Shown: positions 48,925 through 58,504 of the stretch, piece by piece
Numbering within the stretch: the stretch's first letter is position 1
Layout: every line of letters starts with the position of its first letter
Source of the DNA: Patescibacteria group bacterium
GTDB lineage: Bacteria > Patescibacteriota > Patescibacteriia > CAIXNZ01
DNA length: 64,000 nucleotides
Reading direction: 5' to 3'
Assembly: GCA_041651155.1 (NCBI GenBank)
Contig: JBAZJU010000008.1
Span: 1,932 to 65,931, forward strand
Position numbers and translations under genes: made by a program
The notes under the pieces: generated by a model
Database searches by the model: none
Seen by the model: the letters and a program-made list of their open reading frames with translations, nothing else
Told to the model about the DNA's origin: nothing

Positions 48925-49505
48925 ACAGGGTAGTCAATTGTTATTTTACCAGCCTTATAATCCTCAACTCGTTTTAAAAATTTTTCTCCGTCAATTAATT
49001 CCAAACCAAGCTCTTTTAATATTGCCAGCAAATTTGGTTCATGCAATTCACTGTCATCTTTATCTGCCAAAAATTCCACTTCTAATAAGTAGGCAAAATT
49101 TTCAATATGCTGCAAGCAAAGGCAATAATCATAATCCCTAAATTTATAGATAAATTCCTGCTTATGCTTCAAGGTTTTCGGCTGTTTTTCTAAAGGCAAA
49201 AAATCAAGTACTTGTTTTAAATGCTCTAAATGTTCCATTGAAGCCAACGGGATTTTAATCTCTTTACGGCAAATTTTAGTCACCAGACCCTTTTTACAGA
49301 CAAGCTCAATTGTTTTGTCAGAATTGCGTAATCTGATGTCTGTTTTATCCGCATCAGCTTTATAAAATTCCGTGGTAATGCTTTCCGTATTAAATAGCTT
49401 GAATTTTTCATTGCTATTTAAATAATCATTCAGCTGGTCATATTTTGCCTTATCAAAGACTGATTTTAGCTCAATTTCATAGAAATTTTCGGGTTTTTTC
49501 TCCAT
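48921..49505 (-). CDS. CYTH-domain protein
   Basis: N-terminal EIELK, IRLR, K, RKE, LEVE. Confidence 0.75.
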   Translation of the reverse strand: MEKKPENFYEIELKSVFDKAKYDQLNDYLNSNEKFKLFNTESITTEFYKADADKTDIRLRNSDKTIELVCKKGLVTKICRKEIKIPLASMEHLEHLKQVLDFLPLEKQPKTLKHKQEFIYKFRDYDYCLCLQHIENFAYLLEVEFLADKDDSELHEPNLLAILKELGLELIDGEKFLKRVEDYKAGKITIDYPV

Positions 49506-49574
49506 ACATAATGTCCGTCATTTATTAGGTTATTTGCCCTAAGCTTATCAAAAATATGATTTTTTTTCAAATCA

Positions 49575-49605
49575 AAAACGCCCATTTAATCGGGGCGTTC
49601 TTTTT
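49575..49605. terminator. terminator-like hairpin
   Basis: AAAAACGCCC-ATTTAATCG-GGGCGTTCTTTT. Confidence 0.6.
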
Positions 49606-49705
49606 ACTCTTCATCATCTCTATCCGCAGTAGTAGGCTCGTGAAAAATATAATCTTGCTCGCAAGTGCAAGGATCTTGTTCGCAAATGGGACATGGATCA
49701 GACAT
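49604..49705 (-). CDS. 33-aa Cys-rich acidic small protein (not in the ORF track)
   Basis: MSDPCPICEQDPCTCEQDYIFHEPTTADRDDEE; hairpin immediately after the stop. Confidence 0.6.
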   Translation of the reverse strand: MSDPCPICEQDPCTCEQDYIFHEPTTADRDDEE

Positions 49706-49929
49706 AGTCATTGGCTAATGAACATTTAATATTTAATGAAAAAATTATTCTTAAAAAGAATAATAAAATAAATTAAAAAATTATGCAAGAGGAAACTGTG
49801 CATAACTTTGATAAATCACAAAATCCAAATACCAAACTTCAAATAAATTTTAAAATCCAAGCACCAAATACAAAACAAGTTTGTAATTTGTAATTTAAAG
49901 ATTGGGATTTATTTGTGATTTGAGATTTG

Positions 49930-50910
49930 TTATTTGGTGCTTAAAATGGTTATTCTAACTTTCCCTAAATCACTTTGTTTGGGTAAGTGTTTTAATAAAC
50001 CATTTTTGGCTCCCATTCTCTGGATTACCCCATTGGCGTTTAAAATTGCTAAACGCAAACCATAATCCCAATCATTTTTTAATATCATCCCGGTACAAAA
50101 ACCAGAACCAAAAGCATCGCCAGCGCCTGTTGTATTAATCGCTTTGCTGCTTAGAGCCTTTGTATAGTAAATTAAGGTGCCATCACTTAAATAAGCGCCA
50201 TTAGCGCCATCTGTGACAAGATTATAACCCGGGCTTAAGTGATTTAATTCCTTAAAAATTGCTTTAATTTCTTTTTGGCCAGTTAACTTTTGCGCCTCCT
50301 CTTTATTTAGATTAAAAATATAAGTCTGCCTAATTAAGTTTTTTAATTTTTTAATTCCTAAATTCAACTCATCACTTCCCGGGTTCCAGCTGATTTTAAT
50401 TTTCTTCTTTTTGGCAAATGCAAAAATTTTATTCAATAATTTTAAATTGCCGGCTAAAGAAGTGAGATAAAACCATTTGGTTTTTAATTTTGGCCAATTA
50501 ATTTCTTTTTCAGAAAAATTAGCGCTGGCGCCGCGATAAACCAAAACTGTCCGATCTCCTTCGGGCATTAATAAAATTGTAGAATAGGCGGTTTTATGAT
50601 TTTTGTCAGCGATTAACTGGCTGATATCTATTTTTTTATCAGCCAAGGTGTGCATTATCTCCAAGCCATAGATATCCTTGCCCACGCGCGAAACAACCGC
50701 CGGGCTTAAGCCCAAATTGGCAAAAGTGTAAACGGAATTAGTGGCTCCCCCGCCTGTATCAAAATAAATATCACCTAATTCAACTTTGGAGCCATAAGCA
50801 AAGCATTCCCCCACTCCGGTTTTAAATTCACTGGATTTAATTAATTTAAAATTTTTGGATACTAAAAATACATCTTTAGTGGAAGAACCGATGGATATAA
50901 TGTCGTGCAT
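49930..50910 (-). CDS. PfkB/ribokinase-family carbohydrate kinase
   Basis: GGGATN, LN.EEA, VTDG.NGA, NTTGAGDAFGSGF. Confidence 0.92.
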   Translation of the reverse strand: MHDIISIGSSTKDVFLVSKNFKLIKSSEFKTGVGECFAYGSKVELGDIYFDTGGGATNSVYTFANLGLSPAVVSRVGKDIYGLEIMHTLADKKIDISQLIADKNHKTAYSTILLMPEGDRTVLVYRGASANFSEKEINWPKLKTKWFYLTSLAGNLKLLNKIFAFAKKKKIKISWNPGSDELNLGIKKLKNLIRQTYIFNLNKEEAQKLTGQKEIKAIFKELNHLSPGYNLVTDGANGAYLSDGTLIYYTKALSSKAINTTGAGDAFGSGFCTGMILKNDWDYGLRLAILNANGVIQRMGAKNGLLKHLPKQSDLGKVRITILSTK

Positions 50911-50949
50911 AAGTATAGGTTAATTTTGTTATTAATGAAAACTATTAAA

Positions 50950-51417
50950 CACGGATTATTTTCACGGATGCGCACGGATATTTTTCTAGTTAATTATTCG
51001 TTTAACTCTGACCCCATCCTTATTAAATATTATCAGTAAACCCAGCCTTAAATGATTCGCTTTTAAATAACTAAGGACTTGCTTAATATCCTTAGTATAG
51101 AATTCATTTGCCAGTTTTAATTCCACAACAATTTTATTTTCAATTACAAAATCCATGTAATATTTGGCTATAATCCTGCCATCGTACTTAATGTGCACAC
51201 AACATTCTTTCTTAAACTTTAAACCAGCATTTTCGTATTCAATTTGATGTGCCCTTTGAAGTACCTTCTCTCTATGCCCAAAACCCAACATATTATGAAC
51301 AGTATAAGATACGCCAATTATCTGTCGGGTCAATTCATAATATAATAAATCTTCTTCCCTAACTTTATTGTAAAAAAATCTGATAGATATCCGTGAAATC
51401 CGTGATTAAAATCCGTG
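50950..51417. mobile_element. GxxExxY cassette 1 bounded by inverted heptamer arrays
   Basis: CACGGAT x3 (50950-50979) and ATCCGTG x3 (51389-51417) bracket the gene. Confidence 0.6.
50986..51333 (-). CDS. GxxExxY family protein (PD-(D/E)XK fold), possibly degenerate
   Basis: VHN.LG.GHREKVL, D.VIE.KIVVELK, Q.LSYL, GLLI.F; the position expected for the ATG reads AGG. Confidence 0.8.
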   Translation of the reverse strand: MTRQIIGVSYTVHNMLGFGHREKVLQRAHQIEYENAGLKFKKECCVHIKYDGRIIAKYYMDFVIENKIVVELKLANEFYTKDIKQVLSYLKANHLRLGLLIIFNKDGVRVKRIIN

Positions 51418-51425
51418 ATTCATAG

Positions 51426-52310
51426 TTAACCTTTCTTTTGTCTTACCCACAATTCAATAAAATACATAAAATTCTTCGCAATCAAACCAATCGCCTTTTG
51501 TTTATTTATTTTTTTATCCCTCCATCTTTCCAAAGGCCCATAAAAAATTGTTCGTCCCACAGCAAAACCAATAATTTCTTTAAACTTGTCTGCTGTTTTT
51601 AACCATTGGCTCACCAACTCTTTTGAACCAGCTCGACCCAAGACAATTATTTTTTCATCCTTGCCAATTAGTTTAATAATTTTTTGCCAGTCACTGTCTT
51701 TGTACATTGCTTCCAATTTCCAAATATCTGGTTTTACACCAAAAGCGCGTATTTCTTTAATTGCCTGGCAAGTTAGAGCCGGCCGAGCTTTGAGGTCATA
51801 ACTCTTTTTGTATTTTTTTAACTGAGCTGGTTCGCTCGGCACCAGGAGTTCAAAGAGAAATCCAATTTTCTTTCTTTTACAAAAGTCATTCAAAACTTTT
51901 AAACGTTTCAATTGAATCTGATTATCTTTTTTATTTATCGGATTATAACGTACCAAAACTTTGGCATAATCTGGCTTAAACTTCAAAATATGCGCGCCAA
52001 ATGTAGAACCATACTCAAAATCAAAAACATTCTGACCGCTTTTTTCAGTGGTTAAAATAGTTACTGCACCAAATTTCTTGGCTGAGCGTAAAATTTCTGT
52101 GCCAAACTCTTCATCAACTAAAACCCCCAACGCTTCCTTGCTTTTACTTTTGCTCCAAACTGCTTTAAACGCCTGCCAGATCATTTCTTTAGCTTCTTTT
52201 ACCTTATTATGCTGAGCTTTTGTCAAAGGCTCCTTAAAGCCAAATAAACCAGTGGCAAATGTCGCCCGATGGTCAAAAGGTAAGATGTAAAGTTGTTTAG
52301 GATCTTTCAT
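51426..52310 (-). CDS. DUF2090 / IolC C-terminal-like class I aldolase-fold protein
   Basis: LPFDHR, LVDEEFG, EKSGQ, KVLVRYNP, PDIWKLE, LGR, GFAVGRTIF. Confidence 0.8.
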   Translation of the reverse strand: MKDPKQLYILPFDHRATFATGLFGFKEPLTKAQHNKVKEAKEMIWQAFKAVWSKSKSKEALGVLVDEEFGTEILRSAKKFGAVTILTTEKSGQNVFDFEYGSTFGAHILKFKPDYAKVLVRYNPINKKDNQIQLKRLKVLNDFCKRKKIGFLFELLVPSEPAQLKKYKKSYDLKARPALTCQAIKEIRAFGVKPDIWKLEAMYKDSDWQKIIKLIGKDEKIIVLGRAGSKELVSQWLKTADKFKEIIGFAVGRTIFYGPLERWRDKKINKQKAIGLIAKNFMYFIELWVRQKKG

Positions 52311-52342
52311 ATATAAAGTAATATAATTAGAATTCTATGAAA

Positions 52343-52865
52343 CACAGATTTATACTCACTGATTACACTGATAAAATAAATAATCCACAGTCTGGAATAA
52401 TATTAATTTATTATTCTTTTTACTTTTACTCCATCCTTATTAAATATTATCAACAAACCTAATCTTAAATTATTAGCTTTCAAATAGCTCAAAACTTGTT
52501 TTACGTCTTTTGTATAAAAATCATTAGCTATCTTTAATTCTACCACCACTTTACCCTCTACAACAAAATCCATATAATACTTGCCAATTAATCTATCGAG
52601 ATAGAAAATTCTTACAGGAAATTCACTTTTAAAACTTATCCCTTGATCTTTAAATTCTTCCGCATATGCCCGATGATAAACCTTTTCCCGATAACCAAAC
52701 CCCAATTCGTTATAAACTTTAAATGAAATCCCAATAATCTTCTCCGTCAAATCTTCGTATAAAAACTCTTCCATACAAAATTTTTAAATGCAAATTATAA
52801 TTTATAGTATCTGTGAGCAGAATCAATGGTTCTTAAATCTGTGCAATCAGTGAATCAAATCAGTG
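52343..52865. mobile_element. GxxExxY cassette 2 bounded by inverted heptamer arrays
   Basis: CAC(A/T)GAT x3 (52343-52372) and ATC(T/A)GTG x4 (52809-52865). Confidence 0.6.
52403..52774 (-). CDS. GxxExxY family protein
   Basis: LGFGYREKVY, DFVVEGKVVVELK, QVLSYL, GLLIIF. Confidence 0.9.
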   Translation of the reverse strand: MEEFLYEDLTEKIIGISFKVYNELGFGYREKVYHRAYAEEFKDQGISFKSEFPVRIFYLDRLIGKYYMDFVVEGKVVVELKIANDFYTKDVKQVLSYLKANNLRLGLLIIFNKDGVKVKRIIN

Positions 52866-52876
52866 GTTCCGTTATC

Positions 52877-53833
52877 CTATTTAAGTAATTTTCTTACTGC
52901 CTCAATTATTCCTTTAGTGTTCAAACCATATTTATCCAAAAGTTCTTTTCCCGTTCCCGATTCCCCAAATTTATCAGGCATACCAATTATTTTCATGGCT
53001 ACTGGATAATTTTGCGCCAAAACTTCTGCCACTGCGCTGCCTAATCCCCCATTTACCTGATGATCTTCAATTGTCACGACCCGATTTGTCTTTTTAGCTG
53101 ACTTAATGATTGTCTGCTTATCAATTGGTTTAATTGTATGGCAATTAATCACTTCTGCGCTAATTTTCTGTTTAGCTAATTCATCAGCAACCAAGAGAGC
53201 ATCATAAACCAAGGCACCGCAAGCAATAATTGTAATATCTTTTCCAGCGCGCAAAATTTCTGCGTGGCTGATTTTAAATTTTGAATTTTTATTTGTAATG
53301 ACAGGACTTTTGTCCCTGCCATAGCGAATATAAACAGGACCTTTGAATTTTGCAGCTGCCAAAACTGCTTTTTTTGTTTCCTCATAATCACAAGGTGCAA
53401 TTACAATCATATTGGGTAAAACTCGCATTAAAGCTATATCCTCTAAAGCCTGATGAGTGGCACCATCTTCGCCAACATTTAAACCAGCATGAGAACTGAC
53501 TATTTTAACATTGGCATTATTATAGCAAACTGAAAGGCGAATTTGTTCCCAATTTGTGCCAGGTGAAAAGACCGCAAATGAACAGATGAAAGGAATTTTC
53601 CCTTCCAAAGCCAAACCAGCTGCGACTCCTGCCATATTTTGTTCAGCGACACCAACTTCAATAAATCGACTTTGATATTTTTTCCCAAATTCAAGACAAC
53701 GAGTTGATTCAGCTAAATCAGCGCTGACAACTACCACATTTTTATTCTTTTTACCCAAAACCAAAAGCGCCGTGCCCAACCCATCTCGGCAAGCCTTTAA
53801 TTCTGGCTGTTTTGTTATTTGTGATTTGATCAT
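52877..53833 (-). CDS. transketolase, C-terminal subunit
   Basis: ADLAEST, GVAEQNM, GEDGATHQ, GPVYIR, GGLGSAVAE. Confidence 0.95.
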   Translation of the reverse strand: MIKSQITKQPELKACRDGLGTALLVLGKKNKNVVVVSADLAESTRCLEFGKKYQSRFIEVGVAEQNMAGVAAGLALEGKIPFICSFAVFSPGTNWEQIRLSVCYNNANVKIVSSHAGLNVGEDGATHQALEDIALMRVLPNMIVIAPCDYEETKKAVLAAAKFKGPVYIRYGRDKSPVITNKNSKFKISHAEILRAGKDITIIACGALVYDALLVADELAKQKISAEVINCHTIKPIDKQTIIKSAKKTNRVVTIEDHQVNGGLGSAVAEVLAQNYPVAMKIIGMPDKFGESGTGKELLDKYGLNTKGIIEAVRKLLK

Positions 53834-54006
53834 TGGATACTGTACTAATTACTAATTTTTAATTTATAATTTTAAAATAATTTCTAATGTTATAATTTTA
53901 AAATTTAGACATTAAATCATTTACTAAAAATTAATCATTTAATCATTAGATCATTGATTAAAAATTAAAAATTTATAATTAAAAATTAAACACAAGCAAT
54001 ATAGAC

Positions 54007-54828
54007 CTAACGGCTCAATTCCTCAAGTGCTTTTTCTGCCTCAATTTTTGATGGAGCTTTCCCGTGCCAGTTATAATCATTTTCCATAAAACTCACGCCT
54101 TTGCCGGGAATTGTGTGGGCGATTATAACTTTTGGCTTACCTTTTGTTTTTTTTGCCTTAATTAAGGCAGCCAAAATTTCTTTCATATTATTGCCATCAA
54201 TTTGCTGCACATGCCATTTAAAAGCTAAATATTTTTGATGCAAATGAGTCAAGGGCATTATTTTTTCAGTAAACCCGTCAATCTGAATCATATTGCGGTC
54301 TAAAATAAAAATTAAATTATCCAATTTGTATTTGGCAGCTGTCATGATTGCTTCCCAGGTTTCGCCTTCATCATGTTCTCCGTCACTAGTTACGCAATAA
54401 ATAAAATGTTTTTGTTTATTCATTTTCGCAGCCAAGGCCTTACCCACTGCCACTGAAACTCCTTGACCAAGTGGGCCTGAAGAACTTTCTAAAGCTGGCA
54501 GATCAAGATATGAAGGATGGCCTTGTAGTTTAGACCCTAATTTACGCAAGGTTTTTAACCAAGACAAAGGGAAATAACCAGCCCTAGCCATGGCAGCATA
54601 TCTAATTGGGCAAATATGGCCACATGATAAAATCAAACGATCTCTTTTGTCCCACAGCAGCTTTTTCGGGTCATGATTTAAAACATTAAAATATAAAGCG
54701 CTAAAAACATCAGCCATGCCTAAAGGACCCGCTGTATGGCCACTCCCTGCCTCAACCAGCATTTTAATCACATCTTGACGCAAAGTATTGGCCATTTTCT
54801 TAAGTTGTGCTAGGTTATATTTTTTCAT
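54007..54828 (-). CDS. transketolase, N-terminal subunit
   Basis: SGH, DRLILSCGH, LQGHP, GPLGQG, SDGEHDEG..WEA, WHGK; likely start MKKYNL. Confidence 0.95.
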   Translation of the reverse strand: MKKYNLAQLKKMANTLRQDVIKMLVEAGSGHTAGPLGMADVFSALYFNVLNHDPKKLLWDKRDRLILSCGHICPIRYAAMARAGYFPLSWLKTLRKLGSKLQGHPSYLDLPALESSSGPLGQGVSVAVGKALAAKMNKQKHFIYCVTSDGEHDEGETWEAIMTAAKYKLDNLIFILDRNMIQIDGFTEKIMPLTHLHQKYLAFKWHVQQIDGNNMKEILAALIKAKKTKGKPKVIIAHTIPGKGVSFMENDYNWHGKAPSKIEAEKALEELSR

Positions 54829-55249
54829 TTTTATTAAAATACTCTCTATTTCTAAAAAGATAAATACTGCAGATGCCAAAAATAAATTTAGTTATAAATA
54901 TACCGTTTAATAATGATATTTCTTCATAATAACCGTAAAGAAACAAAAATATAATTTTAAAAATTTCCCAAAAGAATAAAAATAAAGCCGGAATAATTAC
55001 AAAGTATAGAGCCCAATTTCTTAATCTGTACAAAAAAATTCCTCCTATAAAACAATAAATAACAATTGCTATTGATTCAATAATCATTTCAAATAATGCT
55101 GGAAAATAATTTATAAAAACATCATACTTTATTATCAAATAAATAGTAGCAAGAAAATAAACAATACCAACAAATAATAAAATAACTGCAAAAATTCTGG
55201 CGAATTTATTAACATTTTTTATTTTATTCATATATTTATATTTCTTCAT
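54815..55249 (-). CDS. membrane protein of unknown function
   Basis: Four hydrophobic segments, very low GC. Confidence 0.65.
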   Translation of the reverse strand: MKKYKYMNKIKNVNKFARIFAVILLFVGIVYFLATIYLIIKYDVFINYFPALFEMIIESIAIVIYCFIGGIFLYRLRNWALYFVIIPALFLFFWEIFKIIFLFLYGYYEEISLLNGIFITKFIFGICSIYLFRNREYFNKNEKI

Positions 55250-55485
55250 CTTTATTTCTAGAAAATAACATTTACTATTTAGGTTGCACTAAACAATTAG
55301 ACCAATGATCCACACCCCAGGCGCTTGAATATCTCTCATATTTTCCACCAACATAATCGCAGACAACTTTACTCGGAACTCCTTTATAAAATTGTTTATA
55401 ACATGACGGCTCTTCTTGTTTAGACCCTTGGGGCTGAAGATTATCTGAAGACAAATTGCATACATATGCTTCGTATGTCTCAACT

Positions 55486-56214
55486 TTAAAATTTGCTAAA
55501 AAAAAATTTTATTTCAATATTATTTGAAAGTAAGGTTAACAGAGTGAATAATATAATTAAAATTACAAATAAAATCGCGTAAAATTTTATTGAAATAATT
55601 TCAGAACCTTTTTTAAATAATAAATAAATACTCAATGGTATCAAGCCGAGCAGGCAAAAGATGCTTAAAGGCAAAACAATGGCCAATACACTTTCATATG
55701 TTATAAAATTCGCTGATGCAGTAAAATGTGTATTCTGTAATATTTTAGCTAATAAAGATAAGGAGACAAAGTCAATAGTAAAAAAAATTAGTCCTAAGGC
55801 AATTTTTTGAGAAAAATTTATTTTTGGCTTGCCAGTTAATATATATATTACAGCTAAGACAGCTAGAACTATTAGCAATGGAATTTGGGCCAAAAAAAGT
55901 AAAAAAATCCAACCTTTTATAATAATGAATAGAATGATTAGGCCCAGAACTACACCAGCAAACCATTTACCAATTAAATGATAATTAATTTTTAATTGAC
56001 CTTTAATTTTTTGCTGGATCAAATAAATAATTATAAAAACAAAGCACACAATAATAAAGATTAATGCTGGCCATGACAGAATAACGATCCAGTCTTTAAC
56101 AAAATCAACAGCCGCTAATATCAAGCTGTCAGTGGATAATATTTTAAAAAATTGCAATAAAACAAAAACCACTGGGAGAAATATAGCGATTAAAATTTTA
56201 CTCAAATACTTCAT
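55486..56214 (-). CDS. multi-pass membrane protein of unknown function
   Basis: About 7 hydrophobic segments. Confidence 0.7.
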   Translation of the reverse strand: MKYLSKILIAIFLPVVFVLLQFFKILSTDSLILAAVDFVKDWIVILSWPALIFIIVCFVFIIIYLIQQKIKGQLKINYHLIGKWFAGVVLGLIILFIIIKGWIFLLFLAQIPLLIVLAVLAVIYILTGKPKINFSQKIALGLIFFTIDFVSLSLLAKILQNTHFTASANFITYESVLAIVLPLSIFCLLGLIPLSIYLLFKKGSEIISIKFYAILFVILIILFTLLTLLSNNIEIKFFFSKF

Positions 56215-56228
56215 AAATTTAAATATTA

Positions 56229-57281
56229 CTAATTATTTTTTTCAATATTCTTCTGATGATATTCTTCAATTATTTTGGCATATACTTTTTCATAGCCGGT
56301 AACCATTTTCCCCACGCTAAAATAAGTCTCTGCCCGCTTTCTGGTTTCTTCTCTGCTGATTTTATCAATCTTGTTAATAGCCTTCACCATATCAGCAACG
56401 CTTTTAACAATGTAGCCGGAGTGGCAATGGGATATAACTTCCGGCACAGCGCCGTTTCGCCAGCCAATGACGGGAGTGCCACAGGACATGGCTTCAATCA
56501 TTACCAGGCCAAAAGATTCATTATATTGAGTCGGAAATAATACCGCCTTAGCATTTTTCAAATATTTAATTTTTTCTTCCAATCCAGCCTCGCCCACATA
56601 TTTAATAGTTTCGCCGTCAATATTTTTTTCAATTTTTTCATGCCAATAGCCTTCCTGCGAATAGCTTGTACCTGCAATAATAAGTTTAACATTAGCGCCT
56701 TTAGCTGCTTCAATTGCCAAATGCACGCCTTTTTCTTCAGTAATCCTGCCCAGATACAAAAAATAATCTTTGGGGTTGGGATTAAAAGCGAATTTTTTCA
56801 AATCCAAGCCATGATAAATATTAGCCACCCAATTTAATTCAGGGGCCAATTTGCGCTGGGCAAGAGAAAAAGAGATGTAATTATTATTTTTAAAAAATTT
56901 AAGGATCTTTTTTGTTTCGCTGTCAATCGGACTATGGATTGATTGAACAGTCGGCACATGCGCCAAATAGGAATAAAAAGAAGATAACAGAGTAAAATGA
57001 GCGTGAATGATGTCAAAATTATCGCTATTTTTATAACATTTGGATAATAATAAATTCAAATAATTCCTTTTTAAATTATCGGAAATAGCCATTTTGGCGA
57101 CTGAATATTTATTAATATATTCCAATTTTGCCTTGGTTACAGAATTGCCGGCCGCATATAAGCTCACCTGATGCCCATGGTCAACCAAATGATCAGTCAA
57201 ATACGCAACATGCGAATAAATGCCTCGATTTGAATTCGGCGAAACCGCATAAAAATTTGAAGCTACTTGTGCTATTCTCAT
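56229..57281 (-). CDS. glycosyltransferase family 4
   Basis: GH.V.LYA, YLGRI..EKG, ESFGLVMIEAMSCGTPVI. Confidence 0.92.
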   Translation of the reverse strand: MRIAQVASNFYAVSPNSNRGIYSHVAYLTDHLVDHGHQVSLYAAGNSVTKAKLEYINKYSVAKMAISDNLKRNYLNLLLSKCYKNSDNFDIIHAHFTLLSSFYSYLAHVPTVQSIHSPIDSETKKILKFFKNNNYISFSLAQRKLAPELNWVANIYHGLDLKKFAFNPNPKDYFLYLGRITEEKGVHLAIEAAKGANVKLIIAGTSYSQEGYWHEKIEKNIDGETIKYVGEAGLEEKIKYLKNAKAVLFPTQYNESFGLVMIEAMSCGTPVIGWRNGAVPEVISHCHSGYIVKSVADMVKAINKIDKISREETRKRAETYFSVGKMVTGYEKVYAKIIEEYHQKNIEKNN

Positions 57282-57311
57282 AAGTTTAGTAATAAATTAA
57301 TTCATTAACTG

Positions 57312-58499
57312 CTAATTTTTAAAGAGCTGCAAATAGGCATCAAAAATATATTTTTTATCATGTTTTTTATTTAAATTTGAAAACATTTTATTTATCTTAG
57401 CAAATGAAACAGCCTTGCTAATTTTTTTAATTCTGCCGATTACTGCTTTTGGCTTAGCAAAATCAACAATCAAGTCAGCGCAGTGGTTTCTACGATATTC
57501 ATTGACCCAGCCGACATTTGGCGATATTAAGGTAATTTTTCCTTCATTCGCGGCTTCAATCACTACATTCGGCGAAACATCAAAATGCGAGGGCAAAATT
57601 AACAAGTCCATTTTTTGTAAAAATTTAATAATATGATTATAATCCATTGGCGCAATAACTTCAACCAAATTTCGGTACTGCTTTTTAAAATCAGATCTCA
57701 CGGCTGTTTCCGGTATTTTAGTGACGGAATAAATTTTCCATGGCAATCCGTTTTTTCTTAACGCCTTGGCCAGTTTCAAAATTGCTTCATGATTTTTAAT
57801 TCTGTCCCAACGGGCAATCGCTCCAATTTTTAAGGATTTATCACTATTGAATGCTTTAAACTTTGGCCGAATATTTTTTTTGCCGGAAAATGGCAAAGGA
57901 ATCACGAAAGCTTTTTCCGATGGCACTTTGCGAACAAGTTTAAAATAAGTCTGCTTGCTAAACTCATTCAAAAAAATTTCAACTGCCACCGAATCAGTAA
58001 TATCTTTTTCCATTTGCAACAGTAATTTTCTACCCCAGGGTGAAAAAAAATCAGCATAGATATTTATTTCCTTGGCCAAAATTCCCGCATGCTGAATCAC
58101 GATTTTCTTATTTTCATCAAAAGCAGCCTTCAAAATTATCCAATTAAAAATAGAAAATCCATTAAGAAAAATGATGTCGGGCTTAAACTTTTTTATTATC
58201 CTGCGAATTTGCTCAATAACGGGCTGTAAAATCTTTCCTGGGTCAACTTTGGTTTTTGCATCACAAACCGCCTTAATTAATTTTTGATCCATTGACACCA
58301 GCCAAAAAAATTTGCCTTTGCGTTTTATCTGCTTAATTTTTATATTTGAATCTGCACTGGCAACAAGAGAAATCCCCTGCCAAATATTTTTCTTATTTAT
58401 CGCGTAATCTGAAAATTCTTTGGCAAACCTGGCCGGTCCACCTGTAGAAACTTTATCAGCCAGAAAATTAGATCTATAATCATTGGAAAATATTATCAT
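57312..58499 (-). CDS. glycosyltransferase family 4 (divergent)
   Basis: GGPAR, ARW.RIKN, LILPS.FDVSPNVVIEA. Confidence 0.8.
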   Translation of the reverse strand: MIIFSNDYRSNFLADKVSTGGPARFAKEFSDYAINKKNIWQGISLVASADSNIKIKQIKRKGKFFWLVSMDQKLIKAVCDAKTKVDPGKILQPVIEQIRRIIKKFKPDIIFLNGFSIFNWIILKAAFDENKKIVIQHAGILAKEINIYADFFSPWGRKLLLQMEKDITDSVAVEIFLNEFSKQTYFKLVRKVPSEKAFVIPLPFSGKKNIRPKFKAFNSDKSLKIGAIARWDRIKNHEAILKLAKALRKNGLPWKIYSVTKIPETAVRSDFKKQYRNLVEVIAPMDYNHIIKFLQKMDLLILPSHFDVSPNVVIEAANEGKITLISPNVGWVNEYRRNHCADLIVDFAKPKAVIGRIKKISKAVSFAKINKMFSNLNKKHDKKYIFDAYLQLFKN

Positions 58500-58504
58500 A
58501 ATTC

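Noticed and set aside
55289-55483. 64-aa ORF between two membrane-protein genes
   Set aside because: TTG start, no RBS or motif; cannot be distinguished from a remnant or noise.
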